From assembly GCA_050015075.1 (NCBI GenBank), contig JBEKCB010000002.1, positions 1 to 64,000 of the forward strand: a stretch of DNA of 64,000 bases, given 5' to 3'. Positions 58,595-64,000 of this stretch are shown here, piece after piece. Position 1 is the stretch's first letter. Each line of letters begins with the position of its first letter. The notes below the pieces were generated by a model, which worked only from the letters and a program-made list of their open reading frames with translations, had not been told where the DNA came from and did no database searches. Made by a program: the position numbers and the translations under genes. This DNA comes from Candidatus Brocadiia bacterium. GTDB taxonomy: Bacteria > Planctomycetota > Brocadiia > CAIUPP01.

Positions 58595-59490
58595 GCGTCA
58601 TCGTCATGGCGTACCACGAGATGGGCTGCACCGGGCTGCGGCTGCTGCTTGATGCGGGAGTGGATGTCTCGGCCGTCTTCACCTACGAGGACGATCCGGC
58701 GGAGAACTGCTGGTTCGGATCGGTGTCGAAACTGGCGCGCTCCCGAGGCATCCCGGCCTTCACGCCGCAGAACGTCAATGAGCCGGAATGGGTCCAGAAA
58801 ATCGAGCGCCTGAAACCGGAAGTCCTCTTCAGCTTCTACTATCGCGACCTCATCCGGCGCCCGATCCGTGTGATCCCGGCGCACGGCTGCGTCAACATGC
58901 ACGGTTCGCTGCTGCCGAAGTACCGCGGCCGGTCGCCGGTGAACTGGCAGCTCGTCAACGGCGAGACGGAATCCGGCGTGACGCTGCACTACATCACCGG
59001 CCGCGCGGACGCCGGGGACATCATCGGCCAGGAACGCGTGGAAGTCGGGCCGGAGGACACCGCCATCGTCCTGTACCGCAAGCTCCTGGCGGCGGCGGAG
59101 CGGGTGCTGCGCCGTCATCTGCGCGGGGTCCTCGCCGGCGACGCGCAGCGAATCAAGCAGGATGAATCGCAGGCCACCGTTTTCGGCGGCCGCAAGCCGG
59201 AGGACGGGCGTCTCGATTGGCAGCGCCCGGCATGGGAATTGCACAACCTTGTCCGAGCCGTCGCGCCGCCCTGGCCGGGCGCGTACACCTTCGCCGAGGA
59301 CGGCAAGGTGATGATCCTGCGCACGCGACCGTGCGAAAAGGTCCGTCCCGGCCCCGCGCTGAAGCCCGGCGAGGTAAGAGCGGCCGAAGACGGGGTTTTC
59401 GTCGGCTCGGCCCGCGAGCAGCTTCAGATCATGGCGTATGTCGCCCCGGCCCAGCGCGCGCTGCGGTCGGGAGAAATGCTGGGCGGGTGA
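58591..59490 (+). CDS. Formyltransferase (stand-alone ArnA N-terminal domain)
   Basis: MAYHEMG, ENCWFGSV, FSFYYR, NMHGSLLPKYRGRSPVNW, ADAGDI, PWPGA. Confidence 0.9.
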   Translation: MSVIVMAYHEMGCTGLRLLLDAGVDVSAVFTYEDDPAENCWFGSVSKLARSRGIPAFTPQNVNEPEWVQKIERLKPEVLFSFYYRDLIRRPIRVIPAHGCVNMHGSLLPKYRGRSPVNWQLVNGETESGVTLHYITGRADAGDIIGQERVEVGPEDTAIVLYRKLLAAAERVLRRHLRGVLAGDAQRIKQDESQATVFGGRKPEDGRLDWQRPAWELHNLVRAVAPPWPGAYTFAEDGKVMILRTRPCEKVRPGPALKPGEVRAAEDGVFVGSAREQLQIMAYVAPAQRALRSGEMLGG

Positions 59491-59568
59491 CGAAGGACGA
59501 TAAACGATGGACGATAGACCATAGAGCATCGTCCATAGTCCATCGTCAATCGTCCATCGTCAATCGTC
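59489..59568. repeat. Inverted 7-bp arrays (GACGATR / CATCGTC) between the arnA halves
   Basis: gacgaag gacgata aacgatg gacgata gaccata / catcgtc catagtc catcgtc aatcgtc catcgtc aatcgtc. Confidence 0.9.
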
Positions 59569-59586
59569 TCTTGAACGGAGAAAGAC

Positions 59587-60627
59587 ATGAAAGTGCTGAT
59601 CCTGGGCGTCAACGGTTTCATCGGCCACTCGCTCACCGCGCGTATCCTGAAGGACACCGACTGGGAAGTGTACGGGATGGACCTCGGCTCGGACCGGATC
59701 AGCGACTACCTGGGCCACAAGCGCTTCCGGTTCCTCGAAGGCGATATCTCGATCAACCGCGAGTGGATCGAGTACCACATCAAGAAGTGCGATGCCGTCC
59801 TGCCGCTGGTCGCCATCGCCACGCCGAAAACCTACGTGGACGCCCCGCTGCGCGTGTTCGAGCTCGACTTCGAGGAGAACCTGCGCATCGTCCGCCAGAC
59901 CGTGAAATACAACCGCCGCATGATCTTCCCCTCGACCTCCGAGGTCTACGGCATGTCGCCGGACACGCCGTTCAATGAGGAGACCAGCAACCTGGTGCTC
60001 GGCCCGATCTGCAAACAGCGCTGGATTTACTCCTGCGCCAAGCAGTTGCTCGACCGCGTGATCTGGGCGTACGGGCGCCACGCCCATTTGCGCTTCACGC
60101 TCTTCCGGCCGTTCAACTGGATCGGCCCCAACCTCGACGACATTGACGCGCCGAAGGAAGGCAGCAGCCGCGTGGTGACGCAGTTCCTCGGCCACCTGCT
60201 GCGCAACGAGCCGATCCGCCTGGTGGACGGCGGCAGGCAGCGGCGCTCGTTCACGTACATCGAGGACGGCATCGAGGCGCTGATGCGCATCCTCGAGAAC
60301 AAGGACGGCTGCGCCGACGGCCAGATTTTCAACGTCGGCAACCCGAGGAACGACTGCTCGATGCGCGAGCTGGCCGAATTGATGATCAGCGTCATGGAGA
60401 CGTTCAAGGAGTTCAAGGGAATCCGGAAGCGCGCGGTGATGCAGGACGTGGCCGCCGTGGATTATTACGGCAAGGACTACCAGGACATCCAGACGCGCGT
60501 GCCGGACATCACTCAGGCGCGGACGAAGCTGGGCTGGGAACCGCGCGTGAACCTGCGCGATGCGCTGCGCCGCACCGTGGCGTACTACGTCGCCAAGAAA
60601 GTGAGAAGCAAGCATGGCGGGCGCTGA
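59587..60627 (+). CDS. arnA: UDP-glucuronate decarboxylase/oxidase (stand-alone ArnA C-terminal domain)
   Basis: [52 protein letters not shown]. Confidence 0.92.
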   Translation: MKVLILGVNGFIGHSLTARILKDTDWEVYGMDLGSDRISDYLGHKRFRFLEGDISINREWIEYHIKKCDAVLPLVAIATPKTYVDAPLRVFELDFEENLRIVRQTVKYNRRMIFPSTSEVYGMSPDTPFNEETSNLVLGPICKQRWIYSCAKQLLDRVIWAYGRHAHLRFTLFRPFNWIGPNLDDIDAPKEGSSRVVTQFLGHLLRNEPIRLVDGGRQRRSFTYIEDGIEALMRILENKDGCADGQIFNVGNPRNDCSMRELAELMISVMETFKEFKGIRKRAVMQDVAAVDYYGKDYQDIQTRVPDITQARTKLGWEPRVNLRDALRRTVAYYVAKKVRSKHGGR

Positions 60628-62422
60628 AGGAACTTCATCAGTCGTCGCTCCTCCTTCGCACTTGCAATCCGGCCGGCACGGCTGGAGCATGGCGCGCGCG
60701 TTCTGGGTTGCGGCCGTCGCCGGCGTGCTGATCTCCTTCGCCGGCGTTTTCGATCACGCCCTCTGGACGCCGGACGAGCCGCGCGACGCCGAAGTCGGGC
60801 GCGAGATGGCCGTCAGCGGCAACTATGTCGTCCCGACGCTGGCCGAGACGCCTTTCCTTGAAAAGCCGCCGCTGGCCTGGTGGGCCATGTCCGGCCTGTA
60901 CAAGCTGTTCGGCGTCTCCGACGGCGTGGCGCGGACGTCGAGCGCGCTGGCGGGCCTGCTGACGCTGCTGCTGGTCTTCGACCTGGTGCGCCGCATCGCC
61001 GACCCGTTCGCCGCGCTGATGGCGACCCTGGCCACCGGCTGCCTGAGCGGCTTCTACTACGAGTATCACCGCGTGATCGTGGATCCGTGGCTCTCCCTGT
61101 TCGTCATGCTCGGATACTGGGGTTACGTCCTGGCGATGCTCCCGCCGCGCGAGGATGATTCAATCCGCAATCCGCAATCTGCAATCCGCAATCCCTCGCC
61201 CTGTCCCTGGGCGATCCTCATCATTTATCTCGCCGGCGGCCTCTCGTTCCTGGCCAAAGGCCCGGTCGGCCCGGGGCTCATCGCCGGGCCGGTCATCGTC
61301 AGCATCCTCTGGAACAGGCAATGGAATTTCTTCAGGTCGTGGATGCACGTTCCCGCCGCGGTGATCTTCCTGGCGCTCTGCGCGCTGTGGCCGTGGCTGC
61401 TTTACCGGAGCGGCGGCAGCGGACTCCTGAACGGATTCCTCGTGGATAGTCTGTTCGCGCGCTTCTTCCCGCCCGCGACGGGCCACGCCAGGACCGGCCA
61501 CCAGGAGGCTTTCTGGTACTACTTCGCCAACTTCCCCGCCTCCATCCTGCCGTGGCTGCTCGCCGTTCCGGCGATCTGCCATTGGTTCTGGCGCAAGCGG
61601 CTGCCGCAGGCTTGGAACCGGACCGCGCTGGTCTTCCTGGCGTGGGTCTTCCCGATCGGGCTGCTCATGCTGAGCGCGGCCGGGACGAAGCGTGAACTTT
61701 ACCTGCTGCCGCTCGTCGCCCCGTTCGGGGCGATGGCGGGCGCGTGGTTCGCCTCGGTCGTCAAGGATGAGCAACCGCATGCGATTGACCGGGTGACGGT
61801 GAGCATCCTGCTCGTCCTCTGCGCACTGTTCGCCTTCCTGGCGCTGCTCGGAGCGATCGGGCTGGAGACGGTGCGGTTCTACCTGACGCCGGAAGGCGCG
61901 CAGATGGCGAACCGAATCCCGCGCGTGAATCTCATCCTGTGCTCGCTCATAGGCGCCTTCTTCCTCTGGCTCTCATTCTTCGGAAGCCGCCTGCTGCGGC
62001 GCGGCCGGGCGCGCGTGGCCGCACTGGTCGTCTGGATCGCCTTCGGCCTGACGCTGACAGTTTGGCCGCTGGTCTACCGCTCGCTGGACCCGTTCAAGAA
62101 CCTCCACCACTTCACCGCCGACCTCGTGAAAATGGACGCTTTTTCGCCGGACCTCATTACCTGGAAGCCGGACGAAGTGACGCGCGGCACCATACCTTAT
62201 GACACGGGCCGATACTTGAAAGGCTTCGACGACGAGGGCCAGCTCGAGCGTTACGTCCAGGCGCACCCGGAGAGCAAGCTGCTGATGCTCGAACGGGATG
62301 TGCCGTCGCTGCCGGACAGCGTGGGCGACCGGCTGCGCATGATCCGGCATTGGGTCTTCAGCACGCATCGCGTGTACGCCCTCTATGACTTCGGCGCGCA
62401 GAAAAGCGTTCACGCAGAATAG
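60614..62422 (+). CDS. ArnT/GT39-family glycosyltransferase (paralog 4)
   Basis: [41 protein letters not shown]. Confidence 0.88.
   Translation: MAGAEGTSSVVAPPSHLQSGRHGWSMARAFWVAAVAGVLISFAGVFDHALWTPDEPRDAEVGREMAVSGNYVVPTLAETPFLEKPPLAWWAMSGLYKLFGVSDGVARTSSALAGLLTLLLVFDLVRRIADPFAALMATLATGCLSGFYYEYHRVIVDPWLSLFVMLGYWGYVLAMLPPREDDSIRNPQSAIRNPSPCPWAILIIYLAGGLSFLAKGPVGPGLIAGPVIVSILWNRQWNFFRSWMHVPAAVIFLALCALWPWLLYRSGGSGLLNGFLVDSLFARFFPPATGHARTGHQEAFWYYFANFPASILPWLLAVPAICHWFWRKRLPQAWNRTALVFLAWVFPIGLLMLSAAGTKRELYLLPLVAPFGAMAGAWFASVVKDEQPHAIDRVTVSILLVLCALFAFLALLGAIGLETVRFYLTPEGAQMANRIPRVNLILCSLIGAFFLWLSFFGSRLLRRGRARVAALVVWIAFGLTLTVWPLVYRSLDPFKNLHHFTADLVKMDAFSPDLITWKPDEVTRGTIPYDTGRYLKGFDDEGQLERYVQAHPESKLLMLERDVPSLPDSVGDRLRMIRHWVFSTHRVYALYDFGAQKSVHAE
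61161..61194 (+). repeat. 7-bp array (CAATCCG) translated within ArnT paralog 4
   Basis: caatccg caatccg caatctg caatccg caatcc, encoding [12 protein letters not shown]. Confidence 0.9.
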
Positions 62423-62441
62423 GAGATAGAAGCCAGGAGAT

Positions 62442-63542
62442 ATGAAACAGACTGCGAAGCTCCTTGGGGTTGTCGTCTTCTGCCTGGCGCTCGGCGCCGG
62501 GCTTGCGTACTGGAAGTTCGACTGGCGGGTCACGGGCTTTTTCCTCGCCACGAGAATTCCTTATAAAGCGGCATGGCTGCCGGCGATCGGCGAACTCGGA
62601 CGGCCGATGGCGCTGCTCTGGCTTCTGCTGCTCTGGGCCTGGGCCGCAAAGCGTCCGCGCGTGCTGCTGGCGGGGCTGCTGGCGATGCTGCTGACGATGT
62701 GCGCCGTCGTGCCGATCAAATCCGCCGTCGGGCGGGTTCGGCCCGACGAGGAACCTGCCGAAGTCATGAGCCAGCCCTTCTTCCACCGGAGCTATTCATT
62801 TCCCTCGGGTGACGCGACGCTCGCCTTCGCGGTTGCCACAGCGGCGGCCGGCTTCATCGTCGCCGCGAAGGTGCGATGGCTGCCGTTTCTCCTGGCGGCG
62901 ATGGCGGGCGTGACGCGCCTGATTCTGTTTCGGCACTTCGCCAGCGACGTGATCGCCGGCGCGGCGCTGGGAATCCTCTGCGGATACGCGGCGCTGAGAA
63001 TCAGCCGCAGCGCGTTCTTCCGAGGGGCGCTTTCCCGCGTGCCGCCGACGTGCTGGCGCCCCGCTTTCGGAGTCGCAGCGCTTCTGTATCTGGTCTTTGA
63101 CGCCGTCAAGGGCGGGCCGGTCACTAAGAACTTCCTGCCGCTATTCTGGCCGGTGGTCGCGTTCGTGCTGATCGCGGTGAAAGGGCCGGCGTGGCTCAAA
63201 CGGATCGGCTGGCCGTGGCCGCACTGGCAGAAGGACCGTCGCATGCGGATAGGCATAGTCATTTGGTATGTCATCGGACTGCTTTGGTGCGGGTTCTCCT
63301 TGTTTACGGCCGTAAGCTTCATGCGCGTCATGGCCGTAATCGAGAAACGGACTTGGTTACTGCCTGGAGCCGCAGCAGCGCTGATCGGCATTTGCTGGGC
63401 CGCGTCGGCCATATGGCGAGGGTCGCCGGGCCGCGCGCTAAGCCGCATGTTCGCCGCGTCGGTATTGAGCCTCGGGCTTACCTGGATAGCCCTTAGGGCG
63501 GCTATGCAGTTCGCCAACGGATTGCAGTCCCTCGGACGATGA
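62442..63542 (+). CDS. PAP2-family phosphatase with extra TM C-terminus
   Basis: KSAVGRVRP (C1), SFPSGD (C2, His replaced by Asp), TRLILFRHFASDVIAG (C3). Confidence 0.82.
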   Translation: MKQTAKLLGVVVFCLALGAGLAYWKFDWRVTGFFLATRIPYKAAWLPAIGELGRPMALLWLLLLWAWAAKRPRVLLAGLLAMLLTMCAVVPIKSAVGRVRPDEEPAEVMSQPFFHRSYSFPSGDATLAFAVATAAAGFIVAAKVRWLPFLLAAMAGVTRLILFRHFASDVIAGAALGILCGYAALRISRSAFFRGALSRVPPTCWRPAFGVAALLYLVFDAVKGGPVTKNFLPLFWPVVAFVLIAVKGPAWLKRIGWPWPHWQKDRRMRIGIVIWYVIGLLWCGFSLFTAVSFMRVMAVIEKRTWLLPGAAAALIGICWAASAIWRGSPGRALSRMFAASVLSLGLTWIALRAAMQFANGLQSLGR

Positions 63543-63545
63543 GAA

Positions 63546-64000
63546 ATGATTAACTACTCTCTCAAGGTGGACGTGGACACGCATGACGGGATGCGCGACG
63601 GCGTGCCGCGGCTGCTCCATACGTTCCGGCGATTCGGCGTCAAGGCCACCTTCTTTCTGGCGTTCGGACCGGACAACTCGGGCAAGGCGATCTGGAATCT
63701 CTTTCGCAGCAAGGGGTTCCTCAAGAAGATGCTGCGCACCGGCGCGCCGAAGTTGTACGGCTGGCGGACGGTGCTCTCGGGCACGCTGCTCCCCGCGCGG
63801 CTGATCGCGGCGAAATTTCCCGGCTTCGTCAAGCGCATCGCCGACGAGGGGCACGAGGTCGGCGTTCATGCGTGGGACCATCGCCTCTGGCAGGACCATC
63901 TCGACCGGCTGACGCGGGCGCAGATCGCGGAGCAGTTCGCGCGCTCCTTCGAGTGCTTCGAGAAGACCCTCGGCCGCCGGCCCCGCTCCGTCGCCGCGCC
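63546..64000 (+). CDS. arnD: ArnD-like deformylase/polysaccharide deacetylase, 3'-truncated by window edge
   Basis: Manual translation MINYSLKVDVDTHDGMRDGVPRLL..ATFFLAFGPDNSG...YGWRTVLSGT...GHEVGVHAWDH. Confidence 0.88.
   Translation, partial: MINYSLKVDVDTHDGMRDGVPRLLHTFRRFGVKATFFLAFGPDNSGKAIWNLFRSKGFLKKMLRTGAPKLYGWRTVLSGTLLPARLIAAKFPGFVKRIADEGHEVGVHAWDHRLWQDHLDRLTRAQIAEQFARSFECFEKTLGRRPRSVAA

Overview
High-GC bacterial chromosomal window, probably Planctomycetota/PVC (inferred from gene content, not proven). It holds housekeeping genes (pheT partial, nifU-nifS, argS, ppdK, msbA-like, murC-like, pyrK-pyrD, mnmA, gdh with a PII gene), a sigma54-type promoter ahead of cusB-cusA-tolC, and a large L-Ara4N (arn)-like cluster with four ArnT paralogs, split arnA, PAP2 and partial arnD. 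Two accessory layers are superimposed. (1) Seven small toxin-antitoxin modules or remnants sit between core genes with no integrase or transposase; one is bracketed by a diverged 110-bp copy of the host gene's 3' end. (2) More than a dozen hairpin-type elements are built from imperfect 6-, 7-, 8- or 9-bp tandem units facing their reverse complement, or from REP-like units; several are translated in frame inside proteins. Unusual genes include an ECF sigma factor fused to a Rho-type RNA-binding domain, an archaeal-type Pus10, a type III PKS paired with a B12-radical SAM enzyme, and a PII lacking Tyr51. One parS site is present. No rRNA, tRNA or CRISPR array was seen. All calls come from reading motifs by eye, not from database searches.
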